Under the pieces are notes generated by a model, which worked only from the letters and a program-made list of their open reading frames with translations, searched no databases and was not told where the DNA came from. Position numbers and translations under genes: made by a program. Below, in pieces: positions 48,498-58,828 of a stretch of 64,000 nucleotides of DNA. Position 1 is the stretch's first letter. Each line of letters starts with the position of its first letter. The stretch is from contig CBDASK010000003.1 of NCBI GenBank assembly GCA_965199495.1, positions 2,752,001-2,816,000 of the forward strand, given 5' to 3'. This stretch comes from Abditibacterium sp. GTDB taxonomy: Bacteria > Armatimonadota > Abditibacteriia > Abditibacteriales > Abditibacteriaceae.

Positions 48498-50633
48498 TCA
48501 CTTCCCCTCCATTTTGCTGCCGGTTTCGTCCCACCATTTCTTCCATTCGGTGCGATTTTTGAAGGTCAGCCCCGTGGTTTTTTCCAGCGCGCTTTGCACC
48601 TCTTCAAACGGAAGCGACGACAACGCGTTCTCGTTTTCGGCCTTAAAAATCACGGGCAACGCGCTTTTCTGCCCGCCGAGCAACAGGCCAGTGGCTGCAC
48701 CGAGCGCGACCTGTTTGTTGTCGGATTGGAGCGCGCTTTCCAGATGCGGGCGCGCGAAGTCTGCGTCGCCATAACCCAGCGCCACGGCGGCGGCAAAGGC
48801 GACATCGTTTTCGACATAAATGCCCTCGCGCAGATTGCGATTGAGCGCGCCATAAACCAATCCCAGCAGAAAATTGCCCGCCGCGATTTTTTGCGGCCCG
48901 TCGATTTGCGCGACGGCTTGGAGGACGGGCGCGTTTTTAGGCGCCCGCGAACTCTCGCCCGTTCCCCATTGCAGCGCGCGCAAAACGTCAACGCGCGCGG
49001 CGGGCGCGATATTTTGGAAGAATTTCCAATCTTCGTCTTCGGGTTTAGGATAGATTTTGCTGCCCAGCGTTTGCAGATTTTTTACGATGTCGAAAAACTG
49101 CGGGCCGACCTGAAAATTATCGAACATCGCGGCGCGCGCAACTTTGATTTCAGCGTCCAAATCAGCGGCGGTGCGGCTTTTCAAATTGGCGGGTTTAACG
49201 TATTCGGGCGCCGTTTTCCACGCTTGCAAAACCTCTTTTTCCTCTTCGGGCGTGGCGACTTTCTCTCCGCTTAAATGCGTGTTACTCTGGTTTTCGGCCA
49301 ACAAATTCAACAGATACGGCGCGTTGATGCCGTTATCCGTGGCGTGTCCGGCTTCGATGCGCGCGGCCAGCAAATCGCCCAAATCACGGTTGCCCTCGCG
49401 CGCTTTGAAAATCGCGTATTCGGCGTTGAGCGATTTTTGTGTGTCGCTCAGAAATCCTTTTTCGATGGCCTCGTTTTCGACCGCCATAACCGCCAACGCC
49501 GCTAACCCGGCGCCGGGCGCCTGATTTTTGTAGATTTTTTCCAGTGTGCTGTTGCGCACGCGCGGATCGGCATCGAAAACCAAGGCGCGCAGTTGCGGCC
49601 CAAAGGCCGTCGCGTCGCGCGCCAGAGCGTTGGCGGCAGCCAAACGCAACGCGCTCCACGGATGAGTCGCCAGCGCGCGCATGGCGGGGATTTCGCTGGC
49701 GCCCTGAAGTTGTGATAACGTCGTCGCCGCCGCCAATGCCTCGCTCCAATTGGGCGAACTCAATCGTCCAATCAACGCTTTTTGCTCGTCGGGCGAGGGC
49801 GGTTTAATTTCGACGCTGATCGAATCTTGCGCTTTGAACAGCGCGACGCCTGTGGCTCGCTCGCGCTCGGCGCGATCTTTGGCGCTACGCGGGTCGGAAC
49901 CCAGAAAATTATCGCTTGAATCGAGCGTCATTTTGATCGTCACTTCGCCTTGAGGAAACGGCCCGCGAATGGTGCGCGTATCGCTCCAAACCTCGCCCGG
50001 TGCGAGCGTGACATAATCGGATTCGGTGCGATTTTGCGAGCCGCCCGTGCCGCCGCCCCGGCCCGTCCCACCATAAATCGCGGTGCTTTGAAGCGCGTAT
50101 TGTCCGGTATAAATGCGCTGCGGTTGGGGCGAAGTGTTGCGCGCTTGCCACTTCAAAATTATCGGATCGTCGGGGCCGTAACTGGGTTTGTCGGTCGAAA
50201 AAGTGACGGTGATTTTCTGGTTTTCGCGCGCCAATTTTTTGACGCGTTCGATCCGTTCGGGCGTGGCATCAAGGCTCGCCAGCAAGACCGGTTGTTGGCG
50301 AATCGGGTCGGTTTTGGCGAACAGAATCGCTATTTTGGAATTAGCGCCAGTGCCGATAGTTTCGCCGGTCGGCACCACCAAACCGCGCCCAATGTCGGAG
50401 AGATCGCCGCGAATGGATTCAAATCCGGTCATGCCCGGTCGCGCGATGCCGGGTGCGCGTCGGTCGGGCGAAAGCCGGCCCACGAAAATCACGTCGGCCT
50501 CGCGCACGAAATCGGGCGTCAGCACCTGCGCTTCATCCGCCATAAAAGTGGCGGGAACAGGCAAAGGTTGCGCGCGCACCAAAGTCGGACAGAGCGTCGC
50601 ACCCAACAGGGCCAGATAAAGCGAGATTTTCAT
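48498..50633 (-). CDS. Secreted hypothetical protein with Ig-like and HEAT-repeat regions
   Basis: Signal peptide; TDKPSY and TLAPGE Ig-like motifs; HEAT-like LRLAAANAL and DADPRVR; ends WKKWW. Confidence 0.65.
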   Translation of the reverse strand: MKISLYLALLGATLCPTLVRAQPLPVPATFMADEAQVLTPDFVREADVIFVGRLSPDRRAPGIARPGMTGFESIRGDLSDIGRGLVVPTGETIGTGANSKIAILFAKTDPIRQQPVLLASLDATPERIERVKKLARENQKITVTFSTDKPSYGPDDPIILKWQARNTSPQPQRIYTGQYALQSTAIYGGTGRGGGTGGSQNRTESDYVTLAPGEVWSDTRTIRGPFPQGEVTIKMTLDSSDNFLGSDPRSAKDRAERERATGVALFKAQDSISVEIKPPSPDEQKALIGRLSSPNWSEALAAATTLSQLQGASEIPAMRALATHPWSALRLAAANALARDATAFGPQLRALVFDADPRVRNSTLEKIYKNQAPGAGLAALAVMAVENEAIEKGFLSDTQKSLNAEYAIFKAREGNRDLGDLLAARIEAGHATDNGINAPYLLNLLAENQSNTHLSGEKVATPEEEKEVLQAWKTAPEYVKPANLKSRTAADLDAEIKVARAAMFDNFQVGPQFFDIVKNLQTLGSKIYPKPEDEDWKFFQNIAPAARVDVLRALQWGTGESSRAPKNAPVLQAVAQIDGPQKIAAGNFLLGLVYGALNRNLREGIYVENDVAFAAAVALGYGDADFARPHLESALQSDNKQVALGAATGLLLGGQKSALPVIFKAENENALSSLPFEEVQSALEKTTGLTFKNRTEWKKWWDETGSKMEGK

Positions 50634-50649
50634 CACGCCCAAGTATGCT

Positions 50650-51735
50650 CTAAAATTCGCCTTCCAACTTCACTTTCGCCACATGAGGCCGCAGCAAATC
50701 CGCGCGCAACGTATCGCGTTCGACGCCGCTCACGGCGCGACCGTGCAAGACCTGCAAATAGGCCGGGCGCGCCCACACCAAAAGTTCGTTGAAGCGTTGG
50801 CGCGTCATGCCTTTCATCCAACCTAACTCGTGCGCCAAACGTAAATACGACAGACAGTCGGTCGCTTCGCGGCACGAAATGGTGCGCGCGTAACGCAGAA
50901 CGCCATAAGCGCGCCCGCAACGGTCGAGCGTTTGGATTTTAAATTCGCCCGCCAATTCTTCGCGCGCGGCGCGCTCCATTTCGACAAGCTCCGCCGTGGC
51001 TGCTGCGGTTTCGAGCAGAATTTCGGCTTCGTCAATTCCCATGCTGGTTTGATTCGACAGTTGGTGCAGATGTCCCCAAATTTTCGAGCCTTCGCCAAAA
51101 GTGCCGCGCAGTTCAAAGCCGCGCGTCTGCGCCCAGCGCCGCGCTTTGTCGCCGCGCCCAGCGATTTCCAAACCCGGCAAATGCAGCATCGCCGACGCCC
51201 GCAAACCAGTTCCGGCGTTGGTCGGGCACGCGGTCAGATAGCCGAACTGTTCATCGAAAGCGACCGAACTTCCTTCCTCAAATTCGGCTTCGAGTGCGTC
51301 ATCGAGTTTGTTGGCGAGCGTGAACGCCGCGTCTAACTGCAAGCCGGGCAAAAGCGTTTGCACGCGCCAGTGGTCTTCTTCGTTGATAATCAGCGCCAGC
51401 GACAGGTCGGGCGTAGCAGCCACGGCGCGACCCAACTCGTGGCGAACGTGTTCGCGCGACGACAAATGGCGATCAATCAAACTCTGGCGCTCCCACGGCG
51501 TGTAATTCTCGAAAGGCACCAACAGCAGCGCGTCGGGCGTTGGTGCATCGGCTTTTGCCAGAGCCTCGAACACGCGTTTGCGGACGGCCAAAAGTTCCTG
51601 CGCGCCCGCGTGATGCGGAAACTGAAAGCGCCGAAAGTTGCGCGCCAAGCGCACGCGCGAAGACAACACGATGTCGCCATCGTGCCCGCCGCGCCGCATC
51701 CAGCGCGCGGTTTTCTCGAAGTTAGTTAGGAGCAT
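50650..51735 (-). CDS. mcsB: Protein-arginine kinase McsB-like
   Basis: SSRVRLARN, INEEDH, GYLTACPTNAGTGLRAS and QLSNQ. Confidence 0.9.
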   Translation of the reverse strand: MLLTNFEKTARWMRRGGHDGDIVLSSRVRLARNFRRFQFPHHAGAQELLAVRKRVFEALAKADAPTPDALLLVPFENYTPWERQSLIDRHLSSREHVRHELGRAVAATPDLSLALIINEEDHWRVQTLLPGLQLDAAFTLANKLDDALEAEFEEGSSVAFDEQFGYLTACPTNAGTGLRASAMLHLPGLEIAGRGDKARRWAQTRGFELRGTFGEGSKIWGHLHQLSNQTSMGIDEAEILLETAAATAELVEMERAAREELAGEFKIQTLDRCGRAYGVLRYARTISCREATDCLSYLRLAHELGWMKGMTRQRFNELLVWARPAYLQVLHGRAVSGVERDTLRADLLRPHVAKVKLEGEF

Positions 51736-51753
51736 GGGGAGACGAAAAACGCA

Positions 51754-52365
51754 TTACCCGCTAACGATAGTCGAAGTCACGATTTTGATTTTGTCGCGCA
51801 AACGCGCGGCTTCTTCGTATTTCTCGGTTTGAATCGCGTGTTGCAAGCGCGCCTGCAACACGACCAATTGGTTATCGCGCCGCTTGCGCAAATGTTGCAA
51901 GCGATGATGACGTTTTTCAAGGGTGCGCGGCGTTTTGCCGGTGTGATTTTCGCCGCGCTGCACGCGCGCCATTACGCCGCCGAGTTGCTCGCGAAATTCC
52001 AGATAACAGGCCGCGCATCCGGTGCGACCGTCCTGCCGAATTTTGTCCCAGGTCGTGCCGCAACCCGGACAACGCGCGTTGCCGCCGGGCGCGATGTCGA
52101 GCGGAATCTCGAACGGATCGTCGTCATCGAACGGGTCGCCATCGAGCGAACTTTGCGCGAAATCGTCGTCGCCAGTCGGTTCGTCCTCATCCAAATCGGC
52201 CAGAGTCTCGCCATTGTCGCCCCGTGGCTCATCGAAAGCGGCGAACGGCAACGGCAGTTCGCTGTCCTCGAATGGATCGTCGCCTTCCCATTCGCCCGCG
52301 CTCTCGAACGGGTTTTCGTCATCGTCGTTGTTGTCGTCAAAGGGACGATTGGTTTCGTGGCTCAT
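51754..52365 (-). CDS. mcsA: McsA-like UVR-domain protein with acidic N-terminus
   Basis: CPGCG...GRTGCAACY, HTGKTP and UVR motif EKYEEAARLRDKIK; upstream of mcsB. Confidence 0.8.
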   Translation of the reverse strand: MSHETNRPFDDNNDDDENPFESAGEWEGDDPFEDSELPLPFAAFDEPRGDNGETLADLDEDEPTGDDDFAQSSLDGDPFDDDDPFEIPLDIAPGGNARCPGCGTTWDKIRQDGRTGCAACYLEFREQLGGVMARVQRGENHTGKTPRTLEKRHHRLQHLRKRRDNQLVVLQARLQHAIQTEKYEEAARLRDKIKIVTSTIVSG

Positions 52366-52375
52366 AATTGAATCT

Positions 52376-52507
52376 TTTTTAGCCACAGAGTTCACGGAGA
52401 ACACCCAGAAAAACACAGAAGGAATGAAGAAAATGTCATTCGGTTTTAAGTGTCTTCGTTCTCTCTGTGTTTTTCTGGGTGTTCTCTGTGAACTCTGTGG
52501 CTAAAAA
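52376..52507. repeat. Family A palindrome
   Basis: TTTTTAGCCACAGAGTTCAC...GTGAACTCTGTGGCTAAAAA. Confidence 0.9.
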
Positions 52508-53404
52508 TTAAAAGACCGGATCGCCTTCGCTGTTGGTGATTTCCTTATAAGCTGCCATCAACTGCGTGGTAATCGGGCCGGGTTTGCCGTCGCCGATTTC
52601 GCGCATATCGAGTTTGGTGACGGGCACGACTTCGGCGGCGGTGCCGGTCAAAAACGCTTCGTCGGCGGCGTAAATATCGAACAAAGCCAAATCTTTTTCG
52701 ACGACACGAATGCCCAGTTTTTCGCCCAATTGCATCACGGCGTCGCGCGTGATGCCTTCCAAAACGCCCGCCGAAATCGGCGGCGTGCGCAGTTCGCCGC
52801 GCCCGTTGAAATCTTTGATGTAAACGAAAATGTTATCCGCCGAACACTCGGCGACCAAACCGCGCGAGTTGAGCATGATACATTCGGGCACGCCCGCACG
52901 AATGCTCTCGATTTTCGCCAGAATATTGTTCAAATAATTGAGCGATTTAATCGCCGGATTCAGCACGTCGGGTTGCGAGCGGCGCGTGGCCACAGTGATA
53001 CATTCCATACCATTTTCATAAATTTCGGGCGGATACAATTTAATGGTGTCGGCGATAATGACCGTCGTCGGCTTGGGACATTTGCGCGGATCGAGACCTA
53101 AATCGCCCGGCCCGCGACTGAAAATCGCGCGAATGTAACCGTTTTCGAGTTGGTTAGCGGCCACGGTTTCTTCGATGGCCGATTTCATTTCGGCGACCGA
53201 GTAAGGCGGCGTCAGCCAAATCGCTTTGGCGCTGCGATAAAGCCGCGTCAAGTGCGCGTCCAAACGAAAAATGCGGCGATTATAAATGCGAATGCCCTCG
53301 AAGACGCCGTCGCCATACAAAAAGCCGTGATCGTAAACCGACACTTTCGCTTCCGAGGCGGGCACCAACTGGCCGTCGAGATGAATTTGAATTTCCGAGT
53401 TCAT
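52508..53404 (-). CDS. ilvE: Branched-chain amino acid aminotransferase
   Basis: DHGFLYGDGVFEGIR, KSLNYLNN, LEGITR and FLTGTAAE. Confidence 0.95.
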   Translation of the reverse strand: MNSEIQIHLDGQLVPASEAKVSVYDHGFLYGDGVFEGIRIYNRRIFRLDAHLTRLYRSAKAIWLTPPYSVAEMKSAIEETVAANQLENGYIRAIFSRGPGDLGLDPRKCPKPTTVIIADTIKLYPPEIYENGMECITVATRRSQPDVLNPAIKSLNYLNNILAKIESIRAGVPECIMLNSRGLVAECSADNIFVYIKDFNGRGELRTPPISAGVLEGITRDAVMQLGEKLGIRVVEKDLALFDIYAADEAFLTGTAAEVVPVTKLDMREIGDGKPGPITTQLMAAYKEITNSEGDPVF

Positions 53405-53434
53405 GCGGGGGCAAGTCTAAATGGAAAAGTGGGA

Positions 53435-53594
53435 ATTAGCCACAGAGTTCGCAGAGAACACACAGAAGGGCACAGAGCAGGACAAGGAAATTTAAAAGGA
53501 AAAGAACTATTTTTAATAGTTTTACCTCTACGGATTAATTTCTTCGTCCTGCTCTGTGCCCTTCTGTGTGTTCTCTGCGAACTCTGTGGCTAAT
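53435..53594. repeat. Family A palindrome
   Basis: ATTAGCCACAGAGTTCGCAGAGAAC...GTTCTCTGCGAACTCTGTGGCTAAT; overlaps the DUF4230 stop. Confidence 0.9.
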
Positions 53595-54213
53595 CGAATT
53601 GTAAATCTTTGACGCCCGCGCTTTCCAGCTGTTTGCGCACGGCGTCTTTGGCGTTTTCGTCGGCGCGCTCCAAAATGCCGCCTTGCAATGCGGCTTCGCG
53701 CAAACGGTCTTCGGCGGTGACGCGCGCTTGCGTTTCTAAATCAATATCGGGTTTGGAAAAGAAACCGGTCTGGCGCTCGGCGACTTCGCTGGTTTTGTTG
53801 TCCAATCGCGTGTGAAACAGTTCGGCCTTGGGCAAATGGACGTGAACTTTATCGCCGTCAACGCGCACATCGCCGTCTTTCATCTTGGCTAAGTCAACAC
53901 CAGCCACGACCTCGCCGTGCGCCACGAAGAGCAGCGAATCGCCCGCAATCGAGACCGGCAAAACGCCCTTGGTTTCGCTTTTAACAATCGCCTGTTCGTT
54001 GAACCTTGCGGTTTCGAGGCGCGCCAACTTCTGCATTTGCAGCAAAACGACCGGGCCGGACGGCGTGGCTGTGGAATTGAAGCCCAAGGGATTGCTCAAA
54101 AAGTCGCGCACATTCTGGCCGCGCGAGAAAATGCCCGCCAGCAATAGGGCGAAACACAAAACGGTGACGCCCGAAAACAGCCTGCCAATATCACGAAATT
54201 TGAACTTTAACAT
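53590..54213 (-). CDS. DUF4230-like protein
   Basis: N-terminal TM, LARLET, GEVVAGVDL, LP.AE and GILERADENA. Confidence 0.8.
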   Translation of the reverse strand: MLKFKFRDIGRLFSGVTVLCFALLLAGIFSRGQNVRDFLSNPLGFNSTATPSGPVVLLQMQKLARLETARFNEQAIVKSETKGVLPVSIAGDSLLFVAHGEVVAGVDLAKMKDGDVRVDGDKVHVHLPKAELFHTRLDNKTSEVAERQTGFFSKPDIDLETQARVTAEDRLREAALQGGILERADENAKDAVRKQLESAGVKDLQFD

Positions 54214-54315
54214 AGATGCGCGCAGAGACGATTGAAAACACGCATCGTTCCGGCGGCGCGACCCAAAGCGTGAAGTGTTGGTATTTGGCCGACTGCTTTA
54301 AACTTGAGCGCGTTC

Positions 54316-55251
54316 ATGCCAGTTCCTTCGTCTTCCGCTTTTGCCCGCGCCGCCGTGGCCACGTTCGTGCCGTTTGGCGGCCCCACTCTCGTCACGCACG
54401 TTCGCAACCATCGCGCGCTCGACCGAAAATTGCCCGCGTTGGCGCAATTAACCAAAGACGACCGAATTTTGGTGATCGCGCCGCATCCCGACGACGAAAT
54501 TTTGTGTTGCGCTGGCTTGCTCAAACGCGCGTCAGAGCGCGGCATCGCGGCTAAAGTCGCGTTCGTCACCAACGGCGATGGTTCGCGCACCGGCCAGATT
54601 TTCAAGGCCGCGCGCCATCCGTGGGCGCGCGATAACGATTTGTTTTCCATCGCGCAACTGCGCCAAATCGAAGCCCTCGAAGCCATCAGCCACGTCGGCA
54701 TCGGCGAAGACGACGCGCACTTTTTCGGTTTTCCCGACGGCGGCCTAACCGCCATTACGCAAATGCGCGACGACGAGATTTATTGGGCGCCCACGACGCG
54801 GCGCAATCACGTCGCCTATCCGCGCGCCTACCAGCGCGGCGCGCGCTATCAACGCGAAGTTTTGCTCGATTTGGCGACGCAACTCATTCGCGAATTCGCG
54901 CCGACTTTAATTGTGACCGGCCATCATTTGGACACGCATCCCGATCACGCCGCGACCTATCCGCTCGCCGTGGCTGCTATCGAGGACGCGAAATTAAAAT
55001 CGCCGCCGCGCGTCGGGCAAACTCTGGTGCATTACGGAATTTGGCCCGTTCCCAACGGTTTGCACGCCGATAAAAACATCGCGCCGCCCGCCGCGCTTGC
55101 CAAACGCGATTGGCACACTTTGGCGCTCGCTGATGACGAAATCGCCGCCAAAGGAGCGGCGCTCGAATGTTACCAATCGCAGTTGGTTTCCCTCCCGCGC
55201 TATCTGCGCGCGTTCGTGCGTCGCAACGAAATTTTTGAAATGAGTTCCTAA
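54316..55251 (+). CDS. PIG-L family deacetylase
   Basis: APHPDDE, TNGD, GFPDG, HPDH and YQSQL. Confidence 0.88.
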   Translation: MPVPSSSAFARAAVATFVPFGGPTLVTHVRNHRALDRKLPALAQLTKDDRILVIAPHPDDEILCCAGLLKRASERGIAAKVAFVTNGDGSRTGQIFKAARHPWARDNDLFSIAQLRQIEALEAISHVGIGEDDAHFFGFPDGGLTAITQMRDDEIYWAPTTRRNHVAYPRAYQRGARYQREVLLDLATQLIREFAPTLIVTGHHLDTHPDHAATYPLAVAAIEDAKLKSPPRVGQTLVHYGIWPVPNGLHADKNIAPPAALAKRDWHTLALADDEIAAKGAALECYQSQLVSLPRYLRAFVRRNEIFEMSS

Positions 55252-55271
55252 TTCGGGCTGTTTCCTCACTT

Positions 55272-56315
55272 ATGAAATTCTTTTCCGTCGTTTTGCTCGC
55301 GCCCGCGCTACTTTTGTCGCCCGCTTTCGCTCATGACCAAACCGCGCCTTTACCGAAAACTCACGTCGCCGAAGATGCGTTTGTCTGGCGATTCGCGCCG
55401 CCGGTCGGTTCGCGCTGGCAGATGCGTTGGTTCAGACGAACCGTCGCCGTTGTCGAAACGCCTTCGGTTCAAGTCGAGTTCGATAGCGCGGCTCGGAAGT
55501 CTCAGCGCAAGCCGGGCAAGCCATTCGTCACCAAATCTACGCATATCCAGCGTTTCACCGCCGACTACGATGTGCTGGATCGCGATGCTCTGGGCGCCAC
55601 CACGATTCGCCTGACTTATCGTTCTATGGCCGACGATGTGAAGTCCGCAACCGAGGGCATGGGCCAAACGCCAGATTCGAGTCGGGGCGCGAACTCCAGG
55701 CCGATTGACGGCGCGACTCTCACTTTCAAACAGGCGCCCGATGGCACGATTTGGAGCGTTTTGGGCGCGCGCGCTTTTCAGCGCCGCATGCTGGAATGGG
55801 GCGGCAATTTGAACAAAACCGTGATCGATAATTTGTTGAAAGTTGACGACGCCATTTTGAACGCCGAATCGATGAAATTGGTTAATTCCTTATTGGTCAG
55901 GTTGCCTGCGTCCCCGGTGCGCGTGGGCGAGAGTTGGGCTGCTACAATGGATTTATCCGATGCTTTGCCACGCCCAATTACGCTGATCGGGACGCGCACG
56001 CTCAAGTCGCTTTCGTCCGATGTTGCTCTTGTCGCCGACAGCGCGATTGTTGATGTGGACAAATTGCAGGGGCAAATTCCTGTTGTGCCGGGCAAAGGCC
56101 AAATGCAATTCGGTTACAACGATATCTCAGGCTCAATCTCTGGCACCGCGCGCGTTGCGCGTGCGAGCGGTTTGCCGCTCGAAAGGCAACTCGATCAGCA
56201 GTTCAAAGGCTTCATTTCGACGCCGCTTAGCGATGGCGCGGGCAAGATCATTTACGTCTCCACCGTGCGCGCCGATGTTCAGACTTCAACGCGCATCGTG
56301 CTGGCGCCACGATAA
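55272..56315 (+). CDS. Hypothetical secreted protein
   Basis: Signal peptide ending AFA; LP..PVRVGESW motif (DUF6263-like, tentative). Confidence 0.6.
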   Translation: MKFFSVVLLAPALLLSPAFAHDQTAPLPKTHVAEDAFVWRFAPPVGSRWQMRWFRRTVAVVETPSVQVEFDSAARKSQRKPGKPFVTKSTHIQRFTADYDVLDRDALGATTIRLTYRSMADDVKSATEGMGQTPDSSRGANSRPIDGATLTFKQAPDGTIWSVLGARAFQRRMLEWGGNLNKTVIDNLLKVDDAILNAESMKLVNSLLVRLPASPVRVGESWAATMDLSDALPRPITLIGTRTLKSLSSDVALVADSAIVDVDKLQGQIPVVPGKGQMQFGYNDISGSISGTARVARASGLPLERQLDQQFKGFISTPLSDGAGKIIYVSTVRADVQTSTRIVLAPR

Positions 56316-56479
56316 ATTTTGCGCGTCCCGGATTTCTTGAAATGGGAATCGTTGCACACTTCGGCACCGAAACGTATTGCCACTCGCGAAAACCACACTA
56401 TCATTTTTGCTCGCGCCCACGCTTCAGCCGATGCCTGGTAAGCCTAAAAGCGCATGATACGATGTTTTTCCGTAAGTTT

Positions 56480-57184
56480 TTACTTCAAACCCGCGACGAA
56501 CTCACGAATCAAACGCGCGATTTCTTCCGGTTTTTCCTGCGGCATCAAATGCCCGGCGCCCGCGATTTCTTCCAATCGCGCCCCCGCAATCTTTTCGACA
56601 AGCGCGCTGCGCAGAAAGCTGGCCGACATCCCTTCATCGCGCTCGCCCGCGATAATTAAGAGCGGCACTTGAACATCGGGAATGCGCGCCGAAATATCTT
56701 CGCGCGTGCCGATTTCGATCCAATTCGTCCAATCGCGCTCCGCATAGGCCAGATTGGCGGCGATGGCGATGTCCCACATTGCGCTCGATAATTCGCTGCC
56801 CGCCGCGCCGTTGACGATGCGCTCGGCGGCTTCGCGCGTGCCGTGGCCGTCCAACATATTGGAGCGGTCTTCGTCACTCATCGGTTCGGGCGAGGGCGGC
56901 GACGGCGCGATGAGAACGCAGCCGCGCAAATTACGTGGCGCGCGCGCCGCGATTTCAAACGCGATTTTGCCGCCCATCGAATGACCAACCAAAACGAACG
57001 GTTCGCTTTGTTCGCCGACGATTTGCAAAACATCGGTCGCCGCCTGTTCCACGCTGTAACCATCGGGCAAGCGCCCGACTGCGCGCAAATCGGGCGCTTG
57101 CATTGCATAACCGTCGAGTCGAGCAGCCACGGCGTCCCACGAGCGCGGGCCGCCGCCGAAATAATGCAGAAAAATAAGGTTCAT
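56480..57184 (-). CDS. Alpha/beta hydrolase
   Basis: FLHYFGG, GHSMGG, GERD and GAGHL. Confidence 0.9.
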   Translation of the reverse strand: MNLIFLHYFGGGPRSWDAVAARLDGYAMQAPDLRAVGRLPDGYSVEQAATDVLQIVGEQSEPFVLVGHSMGGKIAFEIAARAPRNLRGCVLIAPSPPSPEPMSDEDRSNMLDGHGTREAAERIVNGAAGSELSSAMWDIAIAANLAYAERDWTNWIEIGTREDISARIPDVQVPLLIIAGERDEGMSASFLRSALVEKIAGARLEEIAGAGHLMPQEKPEEIARLIREFVAGLK

Positions 57185-57225
57185 CGCGAGTTAAGGATAG
57201 GCGAATTCTTTTATCCTTTGTCTGG

Positions 57226-58371
57226 TCAATTACCCCTCAGACAAGCTGAGGGGCTTGTCCCTAAACCCATCGGGTCTGAGACACTAGGCCAATTGACTGT
57301 GGCCCTTTGGTTTTCGCTTTTAGAAGCGATATTTTTTGATGCGTTGGCGTCGGCATTGTCCGAGTGCCCGCAAACGAGACACCTAAAATGCTTTTGACTT
57401 TTCCGATTCGCCTTTTCGCAATGCCCACATTCGGCGCACGTTCGGCTCGTATTGCGTGGGTCAATCACAACTATTTCAACGCCTTCTTTGCAAGCCTTGT
57501 AAGTGACAAATCCACGTAATTGAGCGAACGCCCAATTACCCATCTGCCAACGCATCTCTTTGTTAAAACCGTTCCCTCGCTCTCTGATACCTTTAAGGTT
57601 TTCAAGTCCGAGTGCCTTCTGAGATGCTTTAGCGTCTTTAACCAATTCCTTGCTAATGCAATGATTACGGTCACGCACAAAACGCTCTTGGCGCTTTGCC
57701 GCTTTCTTCAAGCGCCGCTTGGCGCTTTTCGTCCCGCACTTTTGCAAGCGCCGCCGATGTTCGCGCAACTTCCGACGAAGGTTTTTGACCGATTCGCCAG
57801 AATAGCTTTTGCCTTCACTGGTTACGCAGATTTCAACGATTCCGAAGTCGCAACCGATAACGCCGCCTTTAGAATCCGTTGGCGGTTCTTCTACGTTACA
57901 CGTTGCCAGCAAAAACCATTTGCCTTTGATAAGACACAAATCGCTTTCACCCTGACGGGTTTGAAGCAACGCCTTTTGAGGCTCACCGCAAACAAACGGG
58001 ATTTTGACACGCCCGCTTTTTTCTCCCAAAAGCCAGATATTGACTTCGCCTTTTTCAAGAGAGTAAGTCAAAATTCTGTCGTCATAGGAGATAGCGCCGT
58101 GAGGCTTAAACGTGCGTTGCTTTTTCCTGTCAAGTTTGTAGGCGTCAACCACCTTGGCGATGCACCGCACCGTAACTTGAGCCGAAAGTTCAAAGCGCTC
58201 TTTTACTTCTGCATAGACCAAATGATGCAAATTGAACTGCCCAAAAACTTGCCGCTCCCATGCCACTTGCGAAATATAATCGCAAGCAGAATTGGCGCGT
58301 TCCAACGTCGCCAACAGCGCCGCTTTTTGGAGCGGCGTCGGCTTGAGTTGAATCTGGGCAATCAATTTCAC
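57226..58371 (-). CDS. tnpB: TnpB RNA-guided endonuclease
   Basis: RuvC-I GCDFG, RuvC-II LENLKGI, Zn ribbon CAECG/CLVCG and RuvC-III NADANASKNI. Confidence 0.95.
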   Translation of the reverse strand: MKLIAQIQLKPTPLQKAALLATLERANSACDYISQVAWERQVFGQFNLHHLVYAEVKERFELSAQVTVRCIAKVVDAYKLDRKKQRTFKPHGAISYDDRILTYSLEKGEVNIWLLGEKSGRVKIPFVCGEPQKALLQTRQGESDLCLIKGKWFLLATCNVEEPPTDSKGGVIGCDFGIVEICVTSEGKSYSGESVKNLRRKLREHRRRLQKCGTKSAKRRLKKAAKRQERFVRDRNHCISKELVKDAKASQKALGLENLKGIRERGNGFNKEMRWQMGNWAFAQLRGFVTYKACKEGVEIVVIDPRNTSRTCAECGHCEKANRKSQKHFRCLVCGHSDNADANASKNIASKSENQRATVNWPSVSDPMGLGTSPSACLRGN

Positions 58372-58413
58372 GCTTTCTATTATAGAATATCTGATAAACT
58401 GTTGTCAACCCCA

Positions 58414-58828
58414 ATGACTACAAAGCGCACAAATCACTCGGTTTACAACCTCAACTATCACCTTGTTTTTGTAACCAAATACCGCAACGAGGTTTTGAAG
58501 GGCAATATCGAAACTTACGTTAAAGAACGCGTGAGACAGCTTTGCATCGAATATGGTTTTGAGCTTTTAGAGGTTGAGGTCATGCCCGACCATTTGCATT
58601 TGTTTGTTTCTGCGCCGCCAAAAGTCGTTGGATGCGAATCGCTCAAATCCTGAAAAGCAAACTGGCAATCGGGTGCCCTTTGGGCGGATGTTCCGCACTT
58701 TTCCTATGTTGAAAAAGCGGCGTTTTTGGGGAAGCGGCTTATGGTCTCGTGGCTGCTATTATGGCTCTGCTGGCACCGTGAGCGCCGAAACCATTCAACG
58801 TTACATCCAAGAACAAAAACTATGCTAA
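58414..58828 (+). pseudogene. tnpA: Frameshifted Y1 transposase TnpA
   Basis: YHLVFVTKYR and PDHLHL (HUH) are in one frame with a stop at 58651-58653. LWSRG.Y.GSAG...IQRYIQEQ is in another frame. Confidence 0.88.

Noticed and set aside
57520..58413. Long N-terminal extension of tnpA in the ORF track
   Set aside because: Antisense to tnpB; TnpA homology starts at ATG 58414.
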